Source: Promethearchaeota archaeon
Lineage (GTDB): Archaea; Asgardarchaeota; Lokiarchaeia; Sigyniarchaeales; SOKP01
DNA length: 46,775 bases
Direction of reading: 5' to 3'
Assembly: GCA_048938025.1 (NCBI GenBank)
Contig: JBHLMP010000030.1
Location: 1 to 46,775 of the forward strand
Both the position numbers and the translations under genes were made by a program. Numbering within the stretch: position 1 is the first letter of the stretch; every line of letters begins with the position of its first letter. Below the pieces are notes generated by a model. It searched no databases. It saw nothing but the letters and a program-made list of their open reading frames with translations, and was not told the DNA's origin. Positions 29,149 through 39,291 of this stretch are shown piece by piece.

Positions 29149-30831
29149 TTAGATTTTTTTAGATTCTTTAAATACATCAAATATATCCATTTCATAATCC
29201 ACAGTATCTTCTGGTAATAAATTAGGATCTTTTACTAGCCTTGCTAAATAATATATTTTTGCACCTCGTTCAAGATATTGTAGAACCGTATATGAACCAG
29301 CTAAATGGCTCCCACAACAAATATTTCCGTGATTTGCTAATAGAACGGCATTTTTTTCCCCTAAAGCATTAAGAACTCCTTTTGCTAACTCTTCAGAGCC
29401 AGCTTCTCCATATTTTGCACATAAAACTTCTCCTCCTATGTAAGGCACTAATTCTTCCATAATAGGAGGGAGAGAAAGATTCAAAGTACTAAGAACTGTA
29501 GAATATATACTATGCGCATGGATTATCGCATTAATATCGCTTCGTTCTTTATAAATTGCTAAATGCATTTTTTTTTCTACAGAAGGATTTCTATCTCCTT
29601 CAACGACTTTGCCTTCCATATCTATAATAAGTATATCCTCTGGTTCTATTACATCATACCTTACGGTACTTGGGGTAATCAGAACCAATTCTTTTTCCTC
29701 GTTTTTAATTCTAGCGCTAATATTCCCTGCTGACCCGATTACATGTCCATCATTCAGTAATGTCTTGCAGAGATCTACAATATCATTCCTTAATCTATTT
29801 ATCTCTTCATTAGAAATTTTCTTTTTAATCCCCTTATCTTTGAAAACTTCTGGGTTTAAAACATGTTTAGGTACATCACCGTTTAACCAAGATTTTATAT
29901 CTTCCAAGAGTATTTTAGAATGTCGATCGTTTACTTCAATTGTATCCCCTCCTATATGAGGGGTAACAATTGTATTATCTAATTCAATGAATTTATTATC
30001 TTCATCAATCGGTTCAAGAGGAAATACATCTAAAGCCGCACCAGCAATTTTTTTTTCTTTTAAAGCATTATATAATGCTTCATAATCTATAATACTTCCT
30101 TTGGCGAGATTTAATAGAAATGCTGAATTCTTCATCATATTTATTCTTTCTTCGTTAATCAGATTATAATTATCATCTGTTGCGACGGCATGGATAGTGA
30201 TGAAATCTGAGTTTCTCATTAGTAAATCAATATCAACTTTTTTTCCATATTTTTCAATAGTTGCTTTTGATACGTATGGATCATATATCAAAAATTTAAC
30301 TTTATAAGACTTTAATCGATCCGCTACTCTCCTTCCAATCTGCCCTAATCCTATTATTCCAACTGTTTTTCCTTTTAACTCAATACCTTGGAATTTATTA
30401 AAATAGCTTATATAATCTTCGAAATCTGTTATTTCAAATTTATCAGAATGTATAATTCTCTCAACTTGCTGTAATTTTCTTGCCAACATTAACAGGAGGC
30501 CAATAGTCAACTCTGCTACAGCATCAACATTCCTTAGTGGTGTGTTTAATACTGGAATATTATTTTTAGTCGCAGTATCTAAGTCAACATTGAAAGGATC
30601 ACCTCGACAGGAGACAATCAATTTTAATTTCGATTCTTCAAAAATTTCAGGTTTCTTAATATCATCTGCTTCTGTTATAAAAATATCATATCCTTTTAAC
30701 TTTTCAATAAGTTCTTTAACATCAAAATATATTATACCTGTTTCTCTCCATGGTTCGTATTTAATATCAAATACATTCTTTAATTCTTTTAGAACTTCTT
30801 TTGATAAAGTTGCTGTTATTAGTGCCTTCAT
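29149..30831 (-). CDS. Fusion of a D-2-hydroxyacid dehydrogenase (YoaD/SerA2-like) and a class II aldolase
   Basis: CRGDPFNVD, GLGQIG, ALDVFPLEP, TPHIGG; then AGNISAR, ITPS, PSVEKKMH, HAHS, LANHG. Confidence 0.92.
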   Translation of the reverse strand: MKALITATLSKEVLKELKNVFDIKYEPWRETGIIYFDVKELIEKLKGYDIFITEADDIKKPEIFEESKLKLIVSCRGDPFNVDLDTATKNNIPVLNTPLRNVDAVAELTIGLLLMLARKLQQVERIIHSDKFEITDFEDYISYFNKFQGIELKGKTVGIIGLGQIGRRVADRLKSYKVKFLIYDPYVSKATIEKYGKKVDIDLLMRNSDFITIHAVATDDNYNLINEERINMMKNSAFLLNLAKGSIIDYEALYNALKEKKIAGAALDVFPLEPIDEDNKFIELDNTIVTPHIGGDTIEVNDRHSKILLEDIKSWLNGDVPKHVLNPEVFKDKGIKKKISNEEINRLRNDIVDLCKTLLNDGHVIGSAGNISARIKNEEKELVLITPSTVRYDVIEPEDILIIDMEGKVVEGDRNPSVEKKMHLAIYKERSDINAIIHAHSIYSTVLSTLNLSLPPIMEELVPYIGGEVLCAKYGEAGSEELAKGVLNALGEKNAVLLANHGNICCGSHLAGSYTVLQYLERGAKIYYLARLVKDPNLLPEDTVDYEMDIFDVFKESKKI

Positions 30832-30923
30832 TATTCTTGAATTAATATTGAATTATTTTTAGTTTTTTTATTCATTTTATTTTCAAACAATAAATATTAA
30901 TAAAGTAAAAGAAAAAAATTTAG

Positions 30924-31283
30924 TTAAAACATTAAACTTCGAAGTTTCATTAGATTTCTCATATTTCCTTCGATTATTTTTATTTTCCCATCAGAGTATG
31001 CTTTAATAGCTCCAAGATCCTTATTAAAGAGATCAATCATAACTTGTTCAGCTGTAAATTCAATTTTTACAGGTGCATTCTCATCTGTTGTGTTGTCTTT
31101 TACTTCAATTCCTTGATCTTTGTTAACCAATACTAAAACTTTTCTATTTGTATCTAAAAATGTCATTTGAATGGGTTCCTCATATTTAGCTAATTTCTTT
31201 CTAACGTTTTCATTGTTAACATATCGATTTTTAATTTCTTCTAAACAATCTCCAATATTTTTAAATTCTTGCATTTTTTTCAC
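30924..31283 (-). CDS. SCP2 sterol/lipid-binding domain protein
   Basis: C-terminal DLFNKDLGAIKAYSDGKIKIIEGNMRNLMKL matches the SCP2 consensus. Confidence 0.78.
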   Translation of the reverse strand: MKKMQEFKNIGDCLEEIKNRYVNNENVRKKLAKYEEPIQMTFLDTNRKVLVLVNKDQGIEVKDNTTDENAPVKIEFTAEQVMIDLFNKDLGAIKAYSDGKIKIIEGNMRNLMKLRSLMF

Positions 31284-31379
31284 ATATATAGTGGTTTGAT
31301 TCAGATCTTACTTAAGTTTTATATATCATTTATAAAGAAAATTTAGAACTTCTTACAAGAAGTTAACATATTTTTAATT

Positions 31380-32888
31380 TCATAATTCATCAACTTTTTT
31401 CTTTAAATTCTTCCATTCTAGATAGATTTGCTCATAATCATTTGAGACATCGAGATCAATAGAGAATTTATCAAAATTAATTAGTTCTTTTATCATATTC
31501 TTGTAATCTGTATATTTTTTTAAACCAATTAGTGAATTCATAGCACATCCGATAAAAGCAGAATCTCTACAAACAGGTATATTTAAATCTTTTTTTAGAA
31601 TATTTGATAAAATTTTTAAAAATTCATTAGATTTTGCCATTCCACCAGCGCAAAAGGTTGTGATTTTTGATTTAGTAAATTTGGTTAGGACTTTAAAATT
31701 TTCAAGGATTCCATAACAAATGTTTTCAATACTACTTCTAATAAAATTTTCAATTTTAGGATGATCTTCAGATACTAGAGTTGGAGGAGGAAAGACAAAC
31801 ACCCCTCTCTTAAGTGTAGTTTGATCTTTTATATTCATAATATCAGGTCCTAAGAAGGCGAAAGTTGAATCTGAACCGTGTTTTACTTTTTTTAAAAATT
31901 CTTCAACGATAGAATTTTTATCTCCACTTAAATCTTCTAATAAGCAATCTTTCAGCCAATCATAAACAATTCCAGTATTACCCGGATTACCTTCGATTAA
32001 CCATTTTCGTTTAAGGGAATGAAATAATGTCCAATGATTGTATTTTGGATCTAAAATAGGTTCATTTACTACTAAGTGAAGTGGTCCTGTAGAACCTAAA
32101 CTAATTCCTACATTTCCTTCTTCAATAACGCCCATCCCTAATAGAGTCGCCTGGGTATCTCCTCCCGTTTTAATGACAGGAGTTGAGTTCTTTTTAATTT
32201 CAAAATATTTAACTAACTCTGATTTTAATTCTCCAATAATAGTCCCTGAATCTACAAATTCAGGAAAAAAATCAGGATCAAAATTGAAAGCATCAATTAT
32301 TTCAGAACTCCATTTTCCTTTTTTAATATCAAGAATTTGAGATTCCGAAGCAGAAGACAAATCTGAACAGAATTCTCCCGTGAGTTTATATACAATCCAA
32401 TCATCTAACATCAGAACCTTATTTATTTTTTTATATAATTCTTCTTCCTCTTCTTTAAACCATAATAAACGTGATAAGCAGAATAATATTGAAGGGCTAT
32501 GACCTGTAATATTAAATAATTCTTCTTCTGAAAATTCATCTTCAATTAAATAAGCACTATCAATCCCACGAACATCTATATTTGGACCTCCATATATTAC
32601 TTCTCCTTGTTTGTCTAAAAAAACAACTGCCATTCTTTGAGCACATGAGGATATGCCAATTATATTTTTATTTTTATTTTTTCTTAATAATTCATGAATG
32701 CAATGTTGGATTTTATTCCATAAATCTTTCATATCAAACCGTTTTGCAAATCCATCAATATCCTCGTCAACTATGATCAATTCTTGGTTAGTAGTTGATT
32801 CTAATTTTAGTTGATCAGAAACTAGGCCCACTTTAACACTATGAGAAGATATATCTATCGCTAAAATTTTATTATTAGAATGTTCCAT
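31380..32888 (-). CDS. FGGY carbohydrate kinase (YoaC/LsrK-like)
   Basis: AIDISSHSVK, AQRMAVVFLDKQG...GPNIDVRG, GGDTQ, AGGMAKS. Confidence 0.9.
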   Translation of the reverse strand: MEHSNNKILAIDISSHSVKVGLVSDQLKLESTTNQELIIVDEDIDGFAKRFDMKDLWNKIQHCIHELLRKNKNKNIIGISSCAQRMAVVFLDKQGEVIYGGPNIDVRGIDSAYLIEDEFSEEELFNITGHSPSILFCLSRLLWFKEEEEELYKKINKVLMLDDWIVYKLTGEFCSDLSSASESQILDIKKGKWSSEIIDAFNFDPDFFPEFVDSGTIIGELKSELVKYFEIKKNSTPVIKTGGDTQATLLGMGVIEEGNVGISLGSTGPLHLVVNEPILDPKYNHWTLFHSLKRKWLIEGNPGNTGIVYDWLKDCLLEDLSGDKNSIVEEFLKKVKHGSDSTFAFLGPDIMNIKDQTTLKRGVFVFPPPTLVSEDHPKIENFIRSSIENICYGILENFKVLTKFTKSKITTFCAGGMAKSNEFLKILSNILKKDLNIPVCRDSAFIGCAMNSLIGLKKYTDYKNMIKELINFDKFSIDLDVSNDYEQIYLEWKNLKKKVDEL

Positions 32889-32945
32889 TTTTTAATTTTT
32901 TAAGAAACTTATTAATTATTTCTTTTTTAAAATTAGGTTAATTTA

Positions 32946-33578
32946 TTAAATCAAATACTTCCTAACTATCTCTCCCCTTGGTTCTTTTTCCTCAAACAAT
33001 ATTGCTTGAAAAGAATATATTTTTGTTTCCTTTATTTTCCATGCATCTTCAGGTAACCATGCTTTCATACATGTATGTGAAAGAAATGTTTCAACATCCC
33101 AATTTCTGTCATGATCTACTGGGACTTGAGGAAGTAGTAACCCTCTTCTCATCCCTCTTTCAGCTATAAGACCATCTCTACCTATTACAATTTTATCAAG
33201 ATATTCTTGTGGATCATTTACATCTAATAATTTAGGGGGTGTTAATATAGATAATTCAATTATTATATCATCCATTTCTTCAATAGTTACAGAAGGAAAT
33301 CGTGGATCCTCTATAGCTGAACTAATTGAAACCTTATGAATCACATCATATAAAGGATATGTTGGTTCTATGTAACCGATACACCCTCTTAAGGTATTTC
33401 CACTAGTATCAAATCTATTTAAGGTCACAAATGCTCCATACATTTCTCCAAATTTATCCTTCATTTCTAGAGGAATGGGGATTCTTCTATTATTTTTCAA
33501 AAAATATTCGATATTTTCACGAGCAAATCTGATAAGTAGCTTACCATCTTCAATACTAAATTTTTCATCATTAGTCAT
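32946..33578 (-). CDS. AMMECR1 domain protein
   Basis: GAFVTL, LRGCIG, EDPRFP, GRDGLI, GLLLPQV. Confidence 0.95.
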   Translation of the reverse strand: MTNDEKFSIEDGKLLIRFARENIEYFLKNNRRIPIPLEMKDKFGEMYGAFVTLNRFDTSGNTLRGCIGYIEPTYPLYDVIHKVSISSAIEDPRFPSVTIEEMDDIIIELSILTPPKLLDVNDPQEYLDKIVIGRDGLIAERGMRRGLLLPQVPVDHDRNWDVETFLSHTCMKAWLPEDAWKIKETKIYSFQAILFEEKEPRGEIVRKYLI

Positions 33579-33637
33579 TTTCTTGCCACCAATATTCTTT
33601 ATTCTATGTTTTATTATGTTATTTATACATTTATATT

Positions 33638-35032
33638 TTATAACGATCTTTTTATTACTTTTCCTATTGGTTCAATAGCTTCAACATTTATTTCAATTCC
33701 ACTTAGAAATACTTTCCAAATTTGAACTGATGTTTTTAAACTTTCGAATGGGGAATATTTAGCTTTACTTTTGAACTTTTTAGAATTTATGATATATTCG
33801 GGAATTTTCCCTACAATAATCAAATCAGCGTCGTATCCTTCTTTTATTGACCCTTTATTTGTTAAATTGAATTTTTTAGCGGGATTTTCTGATGCACATT
33901 TTACAAAATTCTCTAACGGAAGTTGGTTTTGAAAAACTTTATTAAGTAATAATAGTGGATATGTTTCAAAACCTGGAAAACCAGATGGTGCACTAGCATA
34001 TTGCTGAGATTTTTCCTCTAAAGTATGTGGTGCGTGATCTGTTCCAATCAATTCGATATTTCCATTTTCAAGTTCATTAAATAAGAATTTAGGATGTTTC
34101 TCATCTCTTAAAGGTGGTAGTACTTTACCAAAATTGTCATTTTCTAGATTTAAATTATTTGATAAAAGTAAATGATGAGGAGTAATTTCAAAAGAAATTT
34201 TAAATTTCCTTTCAGAACCTAATGTTTCTTTTATTACACGATAACTATTTTTACAACTTATATGACAAAAATGAATAATTGGATAATTTTCTGGAGTTAA
34301 TTTATTATCACTAATAGTTTTTTTATATTGATTTATAATAAATTTAACATATTTTTCCTCCATATTAACAGAATGTAATTTATTATGAAAATCTAAAACA
34401 TTTTTTCCTTTATTTTTAAATTCTTCAACTTTTTTCTCTTTTTCAGAATCAGAGATCGGCCAATCTGAATGTATAAATATTGGAATCTTAAATCTAGAGG
34501 AAATAATTAAGATAGATTGAATATTACATGGATCTTTCCAATCTATTTCGTTCAATGAGTCAAGTGGATAAATTTTAAATCCAATAACACCTAAATCTAT
34601 AATTCTTTTTATTTCATCCTCATCAATTCCTTTAGGAACCCCTGCAATAAATCCGACATTAACATAAATATTGTTTTCTGCTCTTTTCATCCACTTTTTA
34701 ATTTGTTCTGTATTGATAGCAGGAGGTTTTGTATTTGGCATATTGAACACAGTTGTTATACCAGAGAAAGCTGCTGCTTTTGTTCCAGTTATAAAAGTCT
34801 CCTTTTCGCTTTGTCCCATATCTCGTAAATGAGAATGAATGTCTATTATTCCTGGTAAAAGCAATTTATTTTGGCAATCAATTTCTTTTTTATCTTCATT
34901 TTTTTCAACTAAATCTTTGTAATCTTTATCGCTCAAGTTAAATTTAATTGAATGTATTAAGCCGTTATTAATGAGAAGAGCTCCCTTTCGTTTTAAGCCA
35001 TCAGAATAAATTTTTACATTTTTAAGAATCAT
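33638..35032 (-). CDS. pyrC: Dihydroorotase family amidohydrolase
   Basis: PGIIDIHSHLR, MPNTKP, CHIS, EITPHHL, GTDHAPH. Start moved to ATG 35032 (MILKNVKI) so it does not overlap the upstream gene. Confidence 0.88.
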   Translation of the reverse strand: MILKNVKIYSDGLKRKGALLINNGLIHSIKFNLSDKDYKDLVEKNEDKKEIDCQNKLLLPGIIDIHSHLRDMGQSEKETFITGTKAAAFSGITTVFNMPNTKPPAINTEQIKKWMKRAENNIYVNVGFIAGVPKGIDEDEIKRIIDLGVIGFKIYPLDSLNEIDWKDPCNIQSILIISSRFKIPIFIHSDWPISDSEKEKKVEEFKNKGKNVLDFHNKLHSVNMEEKYVKFIINQYKKTISDNKLTPENYPIIHFCHISCKNSYRVIKETLGSERKFKISFEITPHHLLLSNNLNLENDNFGKVLPPLRDEKHPKFLFNELENGNIELIGTDHAPHTLEEKSQQYASAPSGFPGFETYPLLLLNKVFQNQLPLENFVKCASENPAKKFNLTNKGSIKEGYDADLIIVGKIPEYIINSKKFKSKAKYSPFESLKTSVQIWKVFLSGIEINVEAIEPIGKVIKRSL

Positions 35033-35039
35033 ACGATTT

Positions 35040-35696
35040 TTAAATATAGATTTGTTGATCAATTTGAAAATTAATATATAAAATTTTATTTTCTGCTCCT
35101 TCAATTTTTGAAAGATTTCCATATTTAATATTTTTAAACTTCTCAAATAGTTCGATAACATCAGAATTATCTTTTGATATCGCATAAGTTGGCATAATAA
35201 ATAATAACTCACTTAGCTTACCTAAAGTCTCATTACTGAAGATTAGAAAATCATATTCTTCTCTAGAATATTGATTATTATCCACTATTAAATAATAGAT
35301 TCCCGTTAAAATTGATTTTAAAAAAGCGTAAAAAATGTTATAATCTTTAAACCCTCTAACAAAAATTCCAGGGGTCGATTTTATCCATTCTTTATATATA
35401 AGACTTTTATATTGGTTAGCTATGTCAATTGCCTTTTTTAGAAGTAATGCTTGAGATCTTTCATCTGGTCCTAAATATTTTAATTTTTCTCCTTTAAATT
35501 GTATTAACAAATGTTCATTTTGAAAATATAAATAGAGATTATTGTAATTCCTAATTGAATAAGATAAACAAAATGTTTCTCTAATACATGAACAGAGTTT
35601 ATATATTTCTAAAGGTGTCTTTCCTTTATCAATATCTCTTTTTGAGTAAGTAGTTATATTTTTGACAAATAATAGGAAATTAACCAATTTTATCAA
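35040..35696 (-). CDS. Divergent TrmY-like (tRNA pseudouridine-54 N1-methyltransferase) SPOUT protein
   Basis: LCSCIRETFCLSYSIR, LKYLGPDERSQALLLKKA and STPGIFV match the TrmY N-half; lies directly after srp54. Confidence 0.72.
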   Translation of the reverse strand: MIKLVNFLLFVKNITTYSKRDIDKGKTPLEIYKLCSCIRETFCLSYSIRNYNNLYLYFQNEHLLIQFKGEKLKYLGPDERSQALLLKKAIDIANQYKSLIYKEWIKSTPGIFVRGFKDYNIFYAFLKSILTGIYYLIVDNNQYSREEYDFLIFSNETLGKLSELLFIMPTYAISKDNSDVIELFEKFKNIKYGNLSKIEGAENKILYINFQIDQQIYI

Positions 35697-35718
35697 GAGA
35701 GCATATTAATATATAAAT

Positions 35719-37080
35719 TTATAAACCTCCAAATTGTTTGAATAATTGATCAAAACCTGGAGGGAGTTTAGGACCTCCTTTTCCACCTTTTTTCCTCATT
35801 TGCATGAATCTTTTCATAAACTTTTTCATCTGATTATATTGGTCAAGCATCTTGTTTATTATAGTATATTCCGTCCCACTTCCTATCGCTATTCGTCTTT
35901 TCCGCGTTTTTTTAATAATTTTTGGATTTTCTTTTTCTACTTGTGTCATAGAATTAAGTACTATTTCCCATTTTTCTAGACCTTTTTCCATGTCGTCTTT
36001 CAGAACATCTGGAATATTTCCTGCACCCATCATTGTAAGTATTTGTTTCATTTTCCCAACTTTCTTAATACCTTTCAATTGGATATAGAGATCTTCGAGT
36101 GTGAATTTTCCATGCATTAAACGCTTTACAGTTTCCTGATCTGGCATAACTTCTGCTTCTTGCACTTTTTGAATTAGCCCTTCAATATCTGGTACTCCCA
36201 ATAAGGTTCCTACAAATTTTGTTGGTTCAAATTCCTCAAATTCATCAATTTTCTCACCAATACCGATAAATCGAATACCAACTCCAGTGGCTGCACAAGC
36301 AGATAAAGCACCACCACCTTTAGCTGTACCATCCAATTTTGTAATTATGATACTTCCTAGATTCGTAGCCTTAGCAAATTCTTCTGCTTGAGAATAAGCT
36401 TGTTGTCCTAAAGTACCATCAATGACTAAAATTACTTCATTTGGCTTTAGAGATTGTTCTATTTTGGTCATTTCTTCCATTAATTCCTTTTCTTCCTTAT
36501 GTCTTCCAGCAGTATCAACAATAACAATATCAAATCCTTCTAAGATCGCTTTTTTAGTTTCTTTAACAGCGATTTTTATAGAATTTTTTTCATTTGGATT
36601 CCCAAAACAGCGTACTCCAATTTTTTCAGTTAACTGCACAAGTTGTTCATATGCACCAGGACGCCATGTATCAGAAGTAACTGTGGCAGCTTTAAAACCC
36701 TTAGCTAAATAGTATTTTGCTAATTTAGCAACTGTTGTTGTTTTTCCCGATCCTTGAATTCCAACTAGTAATACAACATTTTTTTTTCCTGGTTTTATCC
36801 TTATAGGAGCTGGTTTTCCACCTAAGATTTTTATTAATTCATCGTGAATTAACTTAACTATAAAATCTTTTCGCCTTGCTTTCTGCAGTTTAGTGTTCAT
36901 TGCTTCCTTTTTAATATTCTCAGTCATTTCAAACACTAATTCAACTTTCACATCAGCGGAAAGCAAAGCTCTCTGTAGATCTTGTATTAAAGCATTAATT
37001 GCATCTTTGTCAACTTGGGGTAATCGTCTAATCTTTCTAATTGCATTATCTAAACTCCGGCCTAATTTCTCTAAAACCAT
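35719..37080 (-). CDS. srp54: Signal recognition particle protein SRP54
   Basis: [26 protein letters not shown], Met-rich M domain. Confidence 0.98.
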   Translation of the reverse strand: MVLEKLGRSLDNAIRKIRRLPQVDKDAINALIQDLQRALLSADVKVELVFEMTENIKKEAMNTKLQKARRKDFIVKLIHDELIKILGGKPAPIRIKPGKKNVVLLVGIQGSGKTTTVAKLAKYYLAKGFKAATVTSDTWRPGAYEQLVQLTEKIGVRCFGNPNEKNSIKIAVKETKKAILEGFDIVIVDTAGRHKEEKELMEEMTKIEQSLKPNEVILVIDGTLGQQAYSQAEEFAKATNLGSIIITKLDGTAKGGGALSACAATGVGIRFIGIGEKIDEFEEFEPTKFVGTLLGVPDIEGLIQKVQEAEVMPDQETVKRLMHGKFTLEDLYIQLKGIKKVGKMKQILTMMGAGNIPDVLKDDMEKGLEKWEIVLNSMTQVEKENPKIIKKTRKRRIAIGSGTEYTIINKMLDQYNQMKKFMKRFMQMRKKGGKGGPKLPPGFDQLFKQFGGL

Positions 37081-37230
37081 AGTTAAACTAAATCAGATTT
37101 AATCTCAATTATTAATAATTTTCAAAAAATAATATTTTTTTTAAAATAAAAATAATATTATATAAAAGAATAGAATTGTCTTAATTAAAAGTATTTTGAT
37201 AAAAAAAACAAACCTAAGATGTGAAAATAA

Positions 37231-37659
37231 TTGTCAATTAGAAGAACAGAGATACAGAAACTAAAGACGGGACAATACATTATGATTGAAGGTGAACCTT
37301 GTCAAATTAAGTCAACTGAGCGCTCAAAAAGTGGTAAACATGGTCATGCGAAGGTTCGCGTTGTTTGTGTAGGTATATTTGATAATAATAAGAGATCTTT
37401 AACCTTTCCAAGTGGTTCAATGGTTGATATTCCAGAAATTGTCAAAGGTAATGCTCAAATCAATTTTATAGAAGATAATTTAATTAATATCATGGATCTA
37501 GAAACTTATGAATCATTAGATGTAGAGTGGCCTAAAGACGAAGAATTAGTTAATAAACTTAAAGAATTGCAAGCAGATCCAAATAAAATGTCTGCTTCTC
37601 AAATTGAATTTTGGCAACTTGCCGGTAAAACTCTGATCAATAGAGTTTTTCAAAATTAA
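37231..37659 (+). CDS. eif5a: Translation factor aIF5A/eIF5A
   Basis: Hypusination loop SKSGKHGHAK; IMDLETYE. Confidence 0.97.
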   Translation: MSIRRTEIQKLKTGQYIMIEGEPCQIKSTERSKSGKHGHAKVRVVCVGIFDNNKRSLTFPSGSMVDIPEIVKGNAQINFIEDNLINIMDLETYESLDVEWPKDEELVNKLKELQADPNKMSASQIEFWQLAGKTLINRVFQN

Positions 37660-37663
37660 TTAA

Positions 37664-37682
37664 ATTTTTTTTAATTTTTTTC
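37664..37682 (+). terminator. Putative oligo-T terminator after eif5a
   Basis: Two long T runs immediately after the stop codon. Weak evidence in such AT-rich DNA. Confidence 0.4.
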
Positions 37683-37779
37683 TAAATAGATCAAAAGTTT
37701 TATTTTCTTTAAAACCATAATTTTTTTGAGAATTAAACAATAAGATAATATAATCACTTTTAGAAATTCTAAGAGACAC

Positions 37780-38688
37780 ATGGAAAAAAAAGCAATAGCA
37801 TTAGCAAGCAGATTAGATTCTGAACGTGCAATGAAATTAGTTAAGAGAATTTTTGAATTTTTAATTAGGAAAGGTGAAGTTGTTTACTTAGAAACTCGGA
37901 TTGCTCCTAGAATTTTACCACATAGTGCTAAGGATTTAATTCAAATGACTTCTGATAATATAAAATTTGTAATATCTATTGGTGGTGATGGAACACTTCT
38001 ACGTGTAGCAAATAGCTTACCACAAGATGATCCTCCTCCAATTATAGGTGTAAATATTAGATCTTTAGGATTTTTAGACGAATCTAATGAAAGAACTGTA
38101 TTTAAGGATTTAAATCAACTATTAAAAGGTAATTATTATATTGAAAAATGTTCAAAAATAACACCTTACATTGTGAAGAATGATTCTGAGGAAATCAAGC
38201 TAAATAATGCTTTAAATGAAATTTTAATTGTATCATCTAAGAGTTCTAAAGTATTACAAATATCTGTGAAAATTAATGGAGTTTTTTTAAATCGAAGTTA
38301 TTTAGATGGATTAATCATTTCCACCTCTACGGGTTCTACCGCATATAACTTGAGTGCTGGTGGAGCTATTGTTAGTCCAATCTTAGAAGTCATGCAAATA
38401 ACACCATTAAATAGTTTCGCTCGTTCTGGATTAAAGTCAATAATTCTTCCAATTGATAGTGAAATAGAGGTTCAGATTTTAAGACCACGTTTAAGTGCAA
38501 AATTAGTTATTGATGGTCAATATACTGTAAAAAGAATACAACCAAATACTAGAATTAGAATAAGAAAGGCATCCTCATACACAAAATTTATTCGATTTAC
38601 TGAAAATAAGGTTAATTATTATAGGCGTTTAAGGAAGAAAATTATTGGAACATTAAGGGTACCCTTAGATGACAGTCCTGAAGAATAA
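37780..38688 (+). CDS. nadK: NAD kinase
   Basis: GGDGTLL, ALNE, DGLIISTSTGSTAYNLSAGG. Confidence 0.95.
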   Translation: MEKKAIALASRLDSERAMKLVKRIFEFLIRKGEVVYLETRIAPRILPHSAKDLIQMTSDNIKFVISIGGDGTLLRVANSLPQDDPPPIIGVNIRSLGFLDESNERTVFKDLNQLLKGNYYIEKCSKITPYIVKNDSEEIKLNNALNEILIVSSKSSKVLQISVKINGVFLNRSYLDGLIISTSTGSTAYNLSAGGAIVSPILEVMQITPLNSFARSGLKSIILPIDSEIEVQILRPRLSAKLVIDGQYTVKRIQPNTRIRIRKASSYTKFIRFTENKVNYYRRLRKKIIGTLRVPLDDSPEE

Positions 38689-39229
38689 TAATAGAGATAA
38701 TAAAGAAGATATTTCTATTTTTGATACAAATATTTTTCTAACTGGGATAGATTTCAACATTTTTAATGAAATAATATATACTACCCCAAGCATTATTAAT
38801 GAAATTAAAATAAACAAGACTCATAGAAATATTTTAAATAAAATTCAAGTAGCTATTGAGACTAAAAAATTACGATTAAAGATTCCAAAAAAAAAATATA
38901 TCCAAGAGATAGAGAGAAAATCTATGATAACAGGGGATTTTAATGCGCTTTCAAGGGAAGATAAGGAATTATTAGCTTTAACTTTAGAGTTATTAAAAGA
39001 ATCAGGTCACCTTGTAAGAATATATACTAATGATTATTCTATGGAAAATGTATGTTCTAAATTGAATATCCCTTTTTCACCAATATTTAAAGAAGGGATT
39101 AAAAAAATGATAATTTGGGAAATATATTGTCCTTTTTGTAAGCAAATTTACAATACAGATGATTTAAGTAAAAATTGTGAACGATGTGGATCACCGCTGA
39201 AAAGAAGACCCAATCGTAATAAACATTAG
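38669..39229 (+). CDS. nob1: Nob1 rRNA-processing endonuclease (PIN plus zinc ribbon)
   Basis: FDTN, TTPSIINE, LSREDKELLAL, TNDYSMENV, CPFC...CERCGSPL. Confidence 0.92.
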   Translation: MTVLKNNNRDNKEDISIFDTNIFLTGIDFNIFNEIIYTTPSIINEIKINKTHRNILNKIQVAIETKKLRLKIPKKKYIQEIERKSMITGDFNALSREDKELLALTLELLKESGHLVRIYTNDYSMENVCSKLNIPFSPIFKEGIKKMIIWEIYCPFCKQIYNTDDLSKNCERCGSPLKRRPNRNKH

Positions 39230-39291
39230 TAGTGGTAATTATATAAATAAATATCTATATATTTATTGAAAAAGAGATTAATAAACGAGGA

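Noticed and set aside
35033-35212. 60-aa N-terminal extension of dihydroorotase in the ORF track
   Set aside because: It overlaps the TrmY-like gene in another frame; the family-typical start is ATG 35032.
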